The notes under the pieces were generated by a model, which worked only from the letters and a program-made list of their open reading frames with translations, searched no databases and was not told the DNA's origin. A DNA stretch of 64,000 bases from Trypanosoma brucei (taxonomy: Eukaryota), in assembly GCA_000002445.1 (NCBI GenBank), contig CP000068.1:128001-192000 (forward strand), read 5' to 3'. Positions 1-9,706 of the stretch are shown here, piece by piece (within the stretch, counting starts at the first letter, position 1; the number at the start of each line of letters is the position of its first letter). The position numbers and the translations under genes were made by a program.

Positions 1-692
1 TGGAAAGTGTAGCATTGACATCACTGGGAAAATGGTGCAGTTTTTAAACCCACCAGAAAGTTATAACTCCTGAAACCAATATTTTCCTCAATCACACCTC
101 GATGAAAGGAAGAGGAGCGCCTTCATTTCCGCTGAACAGTCTCTGGAGTTTTCCCCTTCCCTTAATGGGGCTTCTAAGTCTTAGGAGTCGCAAATGTGCA
201 GGAGAGTGCCGGAGGGAGCTTTGCCACACAACTCAATTCAGTGCAAGGTCGGAACAAAAAAGATAACAACAATAACGGCAGACACACTCAACAACCGTCG
301 CCGATTCGCCTGTGATAACGCACCACTTCACTGTTTCAACGAAAAGGCAGCAATCAATCACACAGCTGAGTATCCATCCATCCGCCGAAAAACACGCCGG
401 CGTATATCTGCGTTTTTTTTTAAATGTACGTGCGGGATTCCCACCTACAAATGTATTGTGATGTGACGTGGTGGTGACTCTTGCACTACTAACCGATGAC
501 AAACGCACAAAGCAGGTTGTTGAAAAGGCAGTGAAAAAACACATTTAACCCGCAACCATAATCCCGGTCTATGGATCAACAGCAAGTTATGTGACGGGGA
601 ACAGTACAAGGCGTCAAATAAACATATATATATTAATGCAAGAACGAGTTAAGCAACGCAGCGAAAGTATGAGACAACCCCACACGTACACA

Positions 693-714
693 AACACACA
701 CACACACACACACA
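693..714. repeat. (CA)n microsatellite
   Basis: acacacacacacacacacacaca read directly. Confidence 0.9.
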
Positions 715-1278
715 ACTCGTGGCGGGGAAACCGTAATATTAGCGTTATTATTGCCGTTGGTGTCGATACACTCGCACGCATCCGAAGGCAAGACCGACTC
801 GGACCTCCCTCTGTTGTGTGTTTGTCTTTTTCGTTTGTTTTCCGTTTTTTGTTGTAGCTTTTTACTTTGTACCAATCGGCTTCTTAGAAAGTCCACAAAT
901 CAAGCATTCCCAATATTCCCCCTTCCCTTACACTCACCCATTAATAGCACACGGCTTACATACTGGGAAAGGAAAAGGAAGAAAAGTGCAAAACAAAAAA
1001 AAAGATTAAAAAATAATAGCAACTGTATTCCGATTGACGGAAGGGAGACGGAAGGGGGGGAGAAAAAAGCAACAAAGAGAGTGAAAAAAGTTAATCATGT
1101 CAGGTCCGTCTACCGGTTTGAAGCGGCTGGCGACCCCGACGCGGATACGAATATAGTTGATGTCGGAATATCGGTTTCATTGGCGGTGCAACATGCTTTC
1201 ACCTTTTTCTTGCATGGAGGGGGGGGAGGGATTATTTTCCTTTCCACATGTTGTGTTGTGTTGTGTTGTTGTTGTTTT

Positions 1279-2460
1279 TCACTCCCTCAGGTAACTTGGT
1301 GCCTGTTTCCCATTGGTCTCCCCTGCGGCCACATCTTCTTTTGTTCCCGGCCGCCGCTTCCGCAAGAAAAAAATTGTGACAGCGACAATAATGAGGAAAA
1401 GGGGAACGACGGCGCACACCACGTAAATGGCAATACGTGTGCCGCTGGACAACTCGGAGGTTCCTCCTTCGGAAAGTTTATCATCATCCTCAATAACTCC
1501 GTCCTCTTTTTCCGCATCATAATCCTCACCCACTTGTTCCACTTTAAAGTCCTTACCGGGACCAGCGACGGGTTTCAGCGCGGCATCCACATGTTGCACC
1601 TGATCCTTCACTCGGTCAACGGCATTCTGCACCGCCTGACAGGCATCCACGACAGGTTTCATTGCATCAATCGCTTTTTTGTAATGCTCAATCCATCCGC
1701 TCTCATCAACGGTGCATGCAGTTGATGTGAAGTATCCGTCCATTCGACACGCGGTCTCGGCGTATTCATTACGGTGGGTGGGACTCGAAGGCTTTGGTTT
1801 AACATCATTCCACTTTTCCATGGCAGCTCCCATTCCGAGATGATCCAAACCTTTCGGTTGGCCTCTGCACTCGATTTCATAAATGCCTTCACCCACAGAT
1901 TTTGTAGACACACCCCGGCAGTTGTTGTTTTCGTTGTCACTATGCGCGTTACTGGGTTTTTTGGATATGGTCTGGCAATAACTCCTCAACACTTTTCTAA
2001 TGCCGGTGTCTTCCGATTCTCCCACTGCCTTCCTGGCGGGCTCCTTGACTTTTGATATGCCACTTTGAATAACCCCAAGTTGCTTCTCAACTTCCGTCTT
2101 GGCGCTGCCGACAACCGCTAGCGCCTCGTCAAGTTCTTTCTTTGCTTTTTCTACCGCCGCCAGGTCTTTTGATCCCTTCCCGTCTGACAGTTTCTCAAGT
2201 CCCTCGCGCTCCTTCTTTATTAAATCAGTTGCGTTATCGATGTACGTAATCTTGTGTTTCGTATGATTTACGATATTTTTTTCACCCTCCCCCACTGTAT
2301 TCGCAAGAGTGTACAAACTGCATAATATTTTCGCACTATTCGCATCGAAGTGTCCGTCTGCTGGTTGCTGGTTCTCGGCAGAGGCAAATGATACCAAAGT
2401 GAACCAAAACGGCACCAGGAGTTGAAGCGACATCTTCACACGCATGAAATACATATGCAT
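1279..2460 (-). CDS. ISG-like type I transmembrane surface glycoprotein (invariant-surface-glycoprotein-related family), paralog 1
   Basis: 393-aa ORF. N-terminal hydrophobic signal peptide (LQLLVPFWFTLVSFASA). Cys-containing extracellular domain with N-glycosylation sequons. A single C-terminal TM helix (IAIYVVCAVVPLFLIIVAVTIFFL) is followed by a short basic/Lys-containing tail (RKRRPGTKEDVAAGETNGKQ...). Shares conserved blocks with the two downstream paralogs (VLRSYCQT...NNNCRG vs VLTIYCNT...NNNCDDG). The ISG65/75-like assignment comes from architecture and memory, not a search. Confidence 0.55.
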   Translation of the reverse strand: MHMYFMRVKMSLQLLVPFWFTLVSFASAENQQPADGHFDANSAKILCSLYTLANTVGEGEKNIVNHTKHKITYIDNATDLIKKEREGLEKLSDGKGSKDLAAVEKAKKELDEALAVVGSAKTEVEKQLGVIQSGISKVKEPARKAVGESEDTGIRKVLRSYCQTISKKPSNAHSDNENNNCRGVSTKSVGEGIYEIECRGQPKGLDHLGMGAAMEKWNDVKPKPSSPTHRNEYAETACRMDGYFTSTACTVDESGWIEHYKKAIDAMKPVVDACQAVQNAVDRVKDQVQHVDAALKPVAGPGKDFKVEQVGEDYDAEKEDGVIEDDDKLSEGGTSELSSGTRIAIYVVCAVVPLFLIIVAVTIFFLRKRRPGTKEDVAAGETNGKQAPSYLRE

Positions 2461-2550
2461 ATATGAATATATGAAAATATGAACTGATATACGAATATAT
2501 TACAAACGAGGAGTGTAAAATCACTTCACTCTTGCCGAATTTTTTTCTTT

Positions 2551-2568
2551 AAAAAAAAAAAAAAAAAA
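2551..2568 (-). promoter_or_regulatory. Polypyrimidine tract (A18 on + strand) upstream of ISG-like paralog 1 - putative trans-splicing signal
   Basis: Homopolymer 90 nt upstream of the start at 2460 on the coding strand. A trypanosomatid trans-splice acceptor requires an upstream polyY tract. Confidence 0.4.
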
Positions 2569-3025
2569 GAGTGCTCCCCACTGCAGACGCAAGAAGACAA
2601 TATCCGATACTGTAGCTATTGTGTCTATTTTGATTCCTGTGTGTATGCAAAGAAAACAAAAATGGACAGTGGGACAAAATAATTTTCAATCCCAGCAAGT
2701 TGCCTACAGAGAAGTTACGGAGCTAAAGCAAACAGCAGTGCCAATAATGACGATAACAACAATAAATGAATTCAAATAACCGCTGGATAAAAGCGTCGTA
2801 TTCGCTCAATAACACTCTTTACATTACTTCAACATGTTGCTGCGTTTGGACTGGAAGTGCACTGAGGAGGGGGAAAAAAAAAAAGAAAGTAACGCATGCA
2901 ACGACTGCATCTTTTCCTTTTCAGTATTGATAAAGGCGAGGAAACGGGAAGGAGGAAGAGGCGGTGTTCGTGAATCAGCGAAACCGAATTGAATATCAAA
3001 AACAAGAAAAAAAAATGGAGAAACG

Positions 3026-4147
3026 CTAACAATCCTCTTCTTCCTCAGCGACTGCGGAAACGGGAGCGTAAGCACTCTGCACCTTCAAGCTGTTCTTTAT
3101 GCAGCGAAATAGCAAGAAACCGAGAACCAAAAAGAGTAACGAAGCAGTCACCACAATTATGCACGTGACAATGTCCTTCGATATTATTCCGTCTATAGAC
3201 GATTTCAATGACTTCTTCTCATGGTGCTTTCCAGTCGGGGTAGAGGATCGCACCAATTCCTTCAACGCATTCTTGTGCTTTTTCAACTCCTCAGCAGCGT
3301 TATGAACACTTTTTGTTGCCTCCTCCAACTTCTTAAGTTCATGTAGGGAAGAATTATAATCTCCCGTCCATTCCTCCTCAGGCACCGTACACGGACCCTC
3401 TGAAGCATATCCGTGACTTATGCAACTCGCATTCCATTGCTTGCTCGTATGTTTAACAGCTGCAAGCCCCGGTTTTGCACCATCCCAAGCGTTTATTGCA
3501 TTCGACATGGCCTCATATGTGACGTTAGCAGCAGTCACATTATCAGAACCTCCAATACTCTTACAATCAATTTTGAAGGCACCGGCTCCAGCAGCCGCAG
3601 CAATGCCATCGTCGCAGTTATTATTCACATTATGACTCTTCTTACCTTCCTTTGCACCAGTAATTGTTGTATTGCAGTATATCGTCAGTACCTTATTCAT
3701 TCCTTTGCTCTCAGAATCCCCCACTGCCTTTTTTGCGTGTTCCACGGCTTTGCTGGAGGCGTTTGTAATAATTTCATGTTGCTTCTTCACTTCTTCATCA
3801 GCTTTTGCGCTGGCGTTCAACACCGCATCGAGATGCCTCTTTATCGCATCCCCCACCGTTGCGTTCTTTGCTTTTATGGAGTCAACTAACTTACCAACCT
3901 TCTGCCGTGTCCTGTTCAAAGCAGAGGATGTGTTCTGAATAAACTTAATCTTCTGTGCTGTGGTATTTAAAATACCATCCGCAACACTTTGCATGGATCC
4001 CGCAAGGCCATACATGATGCATAATGCCCTAGCTCCTTCTTTATTAAATCTCTTGAGAGCAGGGCGCTGGCCTTTCTCAGCCGCAGCAAATGCAACGGCA
4101 GTAATTACTGATGCCAAAATGTAGGAGTGACGCAATCTTGCGCCCAT
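3026..4147 (-). CDS. ISG-like type I transmembrane surface glycoprotein, paralog 2
   Basis: 373-aa ORF. The first ~60 aa and a central ~150-aa block are identical to paralog 3. Own TM (IVTCIIVVTASLLFLVLGFLLF) and an acidic tail ending ...AVAEEEEDC. An identical 150-bp upstream region is shared with paralog 3. Confidence 0.55.
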   Translation of the reverse strand: MGARLRHSYILASVITAVAFAAAEKGQRPALKRFNKEGARALCIMYGLAGSMQSVADGILNTTAQKIKFIQNTSSALNRTRQKVGKLVDSIKAKNATVGDAIKRHLDAVLNASAKADEEVKKQHEIITNASSKAVEHAKKAVGDSESKGMNKVLTIYCNTTITGAKEGKKSHNVNNNCDDGIAAAAGAGAFKIDCKSIGGSDNVTAANVTYEAMSNAINAWDGAKPGLAAVKHTSKQWNASCISHGYASEGPCTVPEEEWTGDYNSSLHELKKLEEATKSVHNAAEELKKHKNALKELVRSSTPTGKHHEKKSLKSSIDGIISKDIVTCIIVVTASLLFLVLGFLLFRCIKNSLKVQSAYAPVSAVAEEEEDC

Positions 4148-4300
4148 ACCTTTACTACTAGTTTCAACGACACACTAAGCCTGAAATGCAATAACCACAA
4201 CACATCCACATTCATTTTTTTTATACGTACAAATACGTACAAATATATAAACAAGGGGAAAACATTGTATAAAACAGTAATTAGGAGTAACAAAGATGCA
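4148..4300. repeat. Duplicated 5' flank of ISG-like paralog 2 (copy A of a ~150-bp segment shared with 6298-6450)
   Basis: Sequence ctttactactagtttcaacgacacactaagcctgaaatgcaataaccacaacacatccacattcattttttttatacgtacaaatacg...aggagtaacaaagatgcaac is present at both loci, directly upstream of the identical start regions of paralogs 2 and 3. Confidence 0.8.
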
Positions 4301-5163
4301 ACCTAATGAAAGCAATGCACGAAATCAAACGATGCACCAAATGGCACTGTTGAAACACCGCTTTAATCATAAAGTCACGAACCGTATGTTTTCAGTGCAT
4401 GGTGACATGGTGAGTAGACAGGGGAACACTAAGCCAAATGAAAATTTTATGGATTACCACGACACCAACACTGGTCGCAACGGCCACGAAATGAGGAGAG
4501 GGATGCGGGGGGGAGGGGAAAAAAAAAAAAGAAAAAAGAAAAATTAGCAAAACAAAAGATAAAGGGAAGCAACGAAATGATCGAAGCTGGTTATAAGAAG
4601 GAATCCAAAAGAAATCCAACGAAAGAAAGAAATGAAACAAACCAAAACATCTGGCGTGAGTAACATGTTGTGTGAGCATGTCTGTCAGTTTACCCACTAA
4701 TATACAGTAATAAGAAAGATAACCCTCCAAATCCGCCTCAAGAACAAAATCCCTAAAGAAAGGAACGCCTCAATTCAAGTTGCGAAGACACAAAATTGTG
4801 TGAGTGTATTCACCGCACTGTAAACCCACTCCAACAAAAACAACGTAATTCTAACGAAATGACAACGAGTGGACAAAGCGTATAAAATAGGTATGAAAAT
4901 AACAGCAACTATAATCGTAAAGCATAGCAAGACCAACGCATTACGCATTACGAACCCAAGCACACTAACGACAACCTCGTCAAAACATACACATCCAACC
5001 GCTCCACCGCATCGGAAAGGAGAAAGGAGAAAGTCGGCAGACTCATGCACAGGTGACGGAAAATCTTCCGTTGCAAAGAAAAAAAATGAGAGAGAGCGAA
5101 GTCGAGCAAACGAAACACAAAAATAAACAAAAAAAGAACACAAACATTGTAACGGCACGACGA

Positions 5164-6297
5164 CTATATCATGAGTCGAGACCCTGACCTCTTGGTCCCA
5201 AAAGCGCTACCTCTGTTAAACCCGCGACGATTCATTAGCAAAAGTAATACACTAGTTGCGGGCACTATAGCCACAAAGCAAATGGCAACGGCAACAAGAT
5301 AACCAACAATGTCCGTGCCGCGATCCGAACTGTCGGGTGCCGGGACCAATGGTTCCGTAAGAGAATCATTACGATTTAAGTTGGAGGATCGCATCAGCCG
5401 CTGCACCACATCACCCGTCTGCGTTTTCATACCCTCAGCAGCGTTATGAACACTTTTTGTTGCCTCCTCCAACTTCTTAAGTTCATGTAGGGAAGAATTA
5501 TAATCTCCCGTCCATTCCTCCTCAGGCACCGTACACGGACCCTCTGAAGCATATCCGTGACTTATGCAACTCGCATTCCATTGCTTGCTCGTATGTTTAA
5601 CAGCTGCAAGCCCCGGTTTTGCACCATCCCAAGCGTTTATTGCATTCGACATGGCCTCATATGTGACGTTAGCAGCAGTCACATTATCAGAACCTCCAAT
5701 ACTCTTACAATCAATTCTGAAGGCACCGGCTCCAGCAGCCGCAGCAATGCCATCGTCGCAGTTATTATTCACATTATGACTCTTCTTACCTTCCTTTGCA
5801 CCAGTAATTGTTGTATTGCAGTATATCGTCAGTACCTTATTCATTCCTTTGCTCTCAGAATCCCCCACTGCCTTTTTTGCGTGTTCCACGGCTTTGCGGG
5901 AAGCGCCAGCAATAATTTCATGTTGCTCCTTTAGCTTTCTTTGGCCCCAGTCGAGAACTTCAAGTGCATCCTCTAGCTCCTTCTTTGCCCTGCTAAACTT
6001 TGCCGCATCTTCTATTGTCTCACCTTCCTCACGCTCCATCTGAACAACCTCCTCATGCCTAGCTTTAATCAGAACGAATGCTTCTTCAATATAAGCGATT
6101 TTATCGTGCATACTCTTTAAAATACCATCCGCAACACTTTGCATGGATCCCGCAAGGCCATACATGATGCATAATGCCCTAGCTCCTTCTTTATTAAATC
6201 TCTTGAGAGCAGGGCGCTGGCCTTTCTCAGCCGCAGCAAATGCAACGGCAGTAATTACTGATGCCAAAATGTAGGAGTGACGCAATCTTGCGCCCAT
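5164..6297 (-). CDS. ISG-like type I transmembrane surface glycoprotein, paralog 3
   Basis: 377-aa ORF. N-terminus MGARLRHSYILASVITAVAFAAAEKGQRPALKRFNKEGARALCIMYGLAGSMQSVADGIL is identical to paralog 2. The middle segment and C-terminus diverge (TM IVGYLVAVAICFVAIVPATSVLLLL, basic tail MNRRGFNRGSAFGTKRSGSRLMI). Confidence 0.55.
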   Translation of the reverse strand: MGARLRHSYILASVITAVAFAAAEKGQRPALKRFNKEGARALCIMYGLAGSMQSVADGILKSMHDKIAYIEEAFVLIKARHEEVVQMEREEGETIEDAAKFSRAKKELEDALEVLDWGQRKLKEQHEIIAGASRKAVEHAKKAVGDSESKGMNKVLTIYCNTTITGAKEGKKSHNVNNNCDDGIAAAAGAGAFRIDCKSIGGSDNVTAANVTYEAMSNAINAWDGAKPGLAAVKHTSKQWNASCISHGYASEGPCTVPEEEWTGDYNSSLHELKKLEEATKSVHNAAEGMKTQTGDVVQRLMRSSNLNRNDSLTEPLVPAPDSSDRGTDIVGYLVAVAICFVAIVPATSVLLLLMNRRGFNRGSAFGTKRSGSRLMI

Positions 6298-6450
6298 ACC
6301 TTTACTACTAGTTTCAACGACACACTAAGCCTGAAATGCAATAACCACAACACATCCACATTCATTTTTTTTATACGTACAAATACGTACAAATATATAA
6401 ACAAGGGGAAAACATTGTATAAAACAGTAATTAGGAGTAACAAAGATGCA
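6298..6450. repeat. Duplicated 5' flank of ISG-like paralog 3 (copy B)
   Basis: Identical to 4148-4300 by direct comparison. Continues into the 216-bp repeat listed below. Confidence 0.8.
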
Positions 6451-6649
6451 ACAGGTCACAAGTTGAACAAAACAACACGAGCACTAACATAGACTATGCA
6501 TAAATATATATAGATAAATAAAGATAAATATATTTATGCCGAGTGTATGATGTCACGGTAAATAGAGCATGGCATGAAATAAAACTATTACACCATAATG
6601 CTACTGACCTCATACCACTCACGTAACGCTCAGGAACAAAAAAAAGGGG
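6433..6649. repeat. ~216-bp direct repeat, copy 1 (downstream flank of trans-sialidase-like gene / upstream of ISG paralog 3)
   Basis: aggagtaacaaagatgcaacaggtcacaagttgaacaaaacaacacgagcactaacatagactatgcataaatatatatagataaataaag...cgctcaggaacaaaaaaaaggg recurs essentially identically at 9491-9706. Confidence 0.85.
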
Positions 6650-6962
6650 TTGGAACAAAAAAAGAAAATTATATGTATCGTGTCTCACATACAACAGAAC
6701 CACCTTAGATCATGTGATAAAGAGAAAAAAAAAATATAACCGTGCTCTCAGAGTGCCGGAAGCAGTCTACTGATGTCATTAACATCAGAAGAAAACCGGT
6801 AGCACCTGATATGTTATAGTTGACATCCTATTTGTAAAAATAAAATCGTTGAAACATACTCGCTTAAATTTACCGTCTTGAGTCTACCATTAAAGTTATT
6901 AAATGAAATTCATGTCTGCTCGTATTATCCTCCTCACGCTGAAATAACATGGATTATAGACC

Positions 6963-9317
6963 TCATTTCCTTACATCCAGTGTGTCATCAGTGATATCCA
7001 CAGTGTATGGGTTATATCCCGCCGGCATCTGTGGTAATCCCGCACCCGGTCGCATGGCAGCGTTTTGGGCTGCCCTCCGCTGCCGCAATACGAAGAACCC
7101 AACCAAACCAAGCACGATAAGTAACGCTGGGACCACTACAGCCGCAATCCATGCCAGGTTGCGACCACCCGATTTACCGCCTTGACCATCCCCATGATCT
7201 CCATTATCCTCATCCTCGTCTTCCAAGACAGCATCAAATGTACTTCTGTGCTTTACTGCAAGTAGCGCCTTCACATCAGCTACGCTTAGCTCATGGCTGT
7301 ACAAAAGCATGTTGAATACGGTAACACTCAGGTCGCCAGTTGCCTCACCCTTTCCGATCACTCGCTCGTTGGCTCCAACATATATCTCGTGTATCTCTGC
7401 CGACTGCGACAACGGCACAATACTGCCCTGACCATCCCCTACACGATTCCCGTCAATGTACGTATGGGCAACGCCGCCTCGCACGGTCAAGACAACCTGG
7501 TAGGTTTTCCCCTCTTCCAGAGCGAGTGTTTTGGCGCCAGCTGTCGTACCACTCAATTGGGTCCACGCCTTTTCGTCGTACCAGATACCCACGTCTGCAA
7601 TTAAGCCGGATTTGTTCCTCACGCCCACTCCAAGAAGTGGAGTGGGGTTCTTTGGTGCCTTATGGACGGCCACGCTCATCACGACTGTCAGCCCGTTGTC
7701 AATCAAATGGTACACTTTATTCTCATTTTTGCCAGATACGGGAAATACAACATGTGCGGCGCGTGTGCCCAAAGTGAAACCGGTGGTGACCCTCTTTACA
7801 GGGCCTTGTAGCGCACCATCCATGCCAAGGTATCCGTCACGCCAATGCGTGCGGTTGGCCACTTCAGACCAAAACCCAACGAGGCCCACCGTTGGGTCAA
7901 ACTTTGGCGCTGACGTGCTCTCCTCGCCCGTAGTGCCATAAAGCGCCATCACACTCCCGTCCACCTTCCTCCACAAACCCACCACTGCCTTCAGTTCATG
8001 CACACGGTCGGTGAGGTCGGTAAAGAAAATGCTTTTCAACTGGCTGAAACCCTCCTCATGCAGGGAGTACAGCCCACTCTCAGTGTGCAGGAGGGCGCTA
8101 AAAGATAACATGGATAAATGACCAGAGGAAATCGCCCCGAGGCAATGCGTCCGCTTGCTATCCGTCACCCAAAGGAGGAGCGGCCTCAATCCCGCATTCC
8201 CTGAATTGAAGAAGGCGCGGTAAGCAAATAGGATCACATCCGACCCATCCACCTTCATGTTCACGAAGTCACCTCGGTCGTCGTCATCGGAGTGATACTG
8301 GAAATTGGACAGTGCGTGCCTTTCACCCTCCGTAGCGTCAGTCCACGTCATCCCCACGTCTACGGATCGATACATCTTGTTTTTCGTCTGGTGTGCAACT
8401 ACAAGCAGCAATTCCTTCTTCCACACAAGCAGGCTGGGCTCCGTGCAATCGTCGATGTCCAGTTTAGCCGGGGTGAAGCTCCATGACTCACTCTCGTGCT
8501 TATAACGCGCAATAACGCATGTCTTAGCCCCACTCTCAGCGGACGCGACGAGAGGGAAAAGTATGGTGTCGCCCACAACAGCACCCTTTCCACCACTCTC
8601 GAAGAATTCCTTCCATGAGTGCTCCAATAGCGGCCTCTTGAACGTATCAGTCAGCGATGAAGGCTTATTCCACTTCACAACCTTGCCATCTTCCGCACCG
8701 CGGCCGCCGATAGTGCCCACGAAAAGCTTCACCTCCAAGTCGAACGCACCCTCTTGAGGTTCTACATCCTTCGCCTTGTTGCTGCTGAGTGAAAGAAGGA
8801 AAATCTTATCCTTCAGTACTATTGCCCTGGGGCCGTATTGAGCGTAGCGATGATCGGCCACCGGCTCATTCACGAAAACATTCTCAGTCTTCCATTTTTT
8901 CTCTGACATCCAACCCGCCGCCTGTGCGCTCTGGTGAGTCTCGCCAAGTGCAATAGTCTTTAGCCACACTCCGGCGTATCCGGCAGTCCACGCGTTATAT
9001 CGTGCTTCAGCGAGGGCAACAACACTCCCACCCACCGCCACGAGTGAATTACCTTCGAATAAACCGTGTTTCACATCATGACTCGAGTCACTGTGCGACA
9101 ACAAACTTTCTCTATTCCACGGTTTGAATAATTCCACCCTCCGCTTCTCAACTCCTGCAGGTTGGGAAGATGAGCCATTACTGCACACGGGGAGCAAAAG
9201 GACTGAAGCAACCAATAGTAGTAATGGTGTGTGCATCCTTTTGTAACTTTTCTCCCGTGTAGGGAAGTCATCTTTCATCCATACTCTCATGCTGGTACCT
9301 GGCTCCTGCAAATGCAC
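6963..9317 (-). CDS. Trans-sialidase/sialidase-superfamily protein, membrane-anchored, probably non-catalytic
   Basis: 784-aa ORF. The signal peptide probably starts at the internal Met (MHTPLLLLVASVLLLPVCSNG, near 9236). N-terminal RRVELFKPW resembles the TS N-terminus. One Asp-box SxDxGxTW (YRSVDVGMTWTD). C-terminal lectin-like domain carries the family motif VTVxNxxLYxxxL (VTVFNMLLYSHEL). C-terminal TM (IAAVVVPALLIVLGLVGFFVL) plus a 40-aa cytoplasmic tail. The FRIP motif position reads FEGN, i.e. the Arg is missing. Confidence 0.7.
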   Translation of the reverse strand: MHLQEPGTSMRVWMKDDFPTREKSYKRMHTPLLLLVASVLLLPVCSNGSSSQPAGVEKRRVELFKPWNRESLLSHSDSSHDVKHGLFEGNSLVAVGGSVVALAEARYNAWTAGYAGVWLKTIALGETHQSAQAAGWMSEKKWKTENVFVNEPVADHRYAQYGPRAIVLKDKIFLLSLSSNKAKDVEPQEGAFDLEVKLFVGTIGGRGAEDGKVVKWNKPSSLTDTFKRPLLEHSWKEFFESGGKGAVVGDTILFPLVASAESGAKTCVIARYKHESESWSFTPAKLDIDDCTEPSLLVWKKELLLVVAHQTKNKMYRSVDVGMTWTDATEGERHALSNFQYHSDDDDRGDFVNMKVDGSDVILFAYRAFFNSGNAGLRPLLLWVTDSKRTHCLGAISSGHLSMLSFSALLHTESGLYSLHEEGFSQLKSIFFTDLTDRVHELKAVVGLWRKVDGSVMALYGTTGEESTSAPKFDPTVGLVGFWSEVANRTHWRDGYLGMDGALQGPVKRVTTGFTLGTRAAHVVFPVSGKNENKVYHLIDNGLTVVMSVAVHKAPKNPTPLLGVGVRNKSGLIADVGIWYDEKAWTQLSGTTAGAKTLALEEGKTYQVVLTVRGGVAHTYIDGNRVGDGQGSIVPLSQSAEIHEIYVGANERVIGKGEATGDLSVTVFNMLLYSHELSVADVKALLAVKHRSTFDAVLEDEDEDNGDHGDGQGGKSGGRNLAWIAAVVVPALLIVLGLVGFFVLRQRRAAQNAAMRPGAGLPQMPAGYNPYTVDITDDTLDVRK

Positions 9318-9490
9318 GGGTTATATTCCGATAAAATTCCCCACGTTATCTTTTCACAATAATCGTCACTTGAGTCAGGCCTTCCGTCTATGAGGCGCGT
9401 TAGGCTCTGTATTATTTCACTGTAGGCGATCACTTGCTTTTCTTGTGTGAATGTCTGAATAAAAGTTAATTAAAAGCAAATGAAAATTAT

Positions 9491-9706
9491 AGGAGTAACA
9501 AAGATGCAACAGGTCACAAGTTGAACAAAACAACACGAGCACTAACATAGACTATGCATAAATATATATAGATAAATAAAGATAAATATATTTATGCCGA
9601 GTGTATGATGTCACGGTAAATAGAGCATGGCATGAAATAAAACTATTACACCATAATGCTACTGACCTCATACCACTCACGTAACGCTCAGGAACAAAAA
9701 AAAGGG
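9491..9706. repeat. ~216-bp direct repeat, copy 2 (upstream flank of trans-sialidase-like gene)
   Basis: Identical to 6433-6649 by direct comparison. Together the two copies bracket the trans-sialidase-like ORF. Confidence 0.85.

Noticed and set aside
751-1725. 324-aa + strand ORF
   Set aside because: Overlaps the 3' UTR and C-terminal coding region of ISG-like paralog 1 in antisense. Translation is Cys/Phe/Leu-rich junk with homopolymer-encoded runs.
3413-3938. Several + strand ORFs (158, 71, 88 aa) inside ISG-like paralog 2, duplicated at 5557-6043 inside paralog 3
   Set aside because: They are antisense shadows of the minus-strand ISG-like CDS. They are duplicated only because the underlying gene segment is duplicated. 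They have no independent start context, and every other gene in the cluster is minus-strand.
7293-7941. + strand ORFs of 103-145 aa within the trans-sialidase-like gene
   Set aside because: Antisense to a well-supported 784-aa CDS. Pro/Arg-rich composition is typical of reverse-strand reading of a GC-richer gene.
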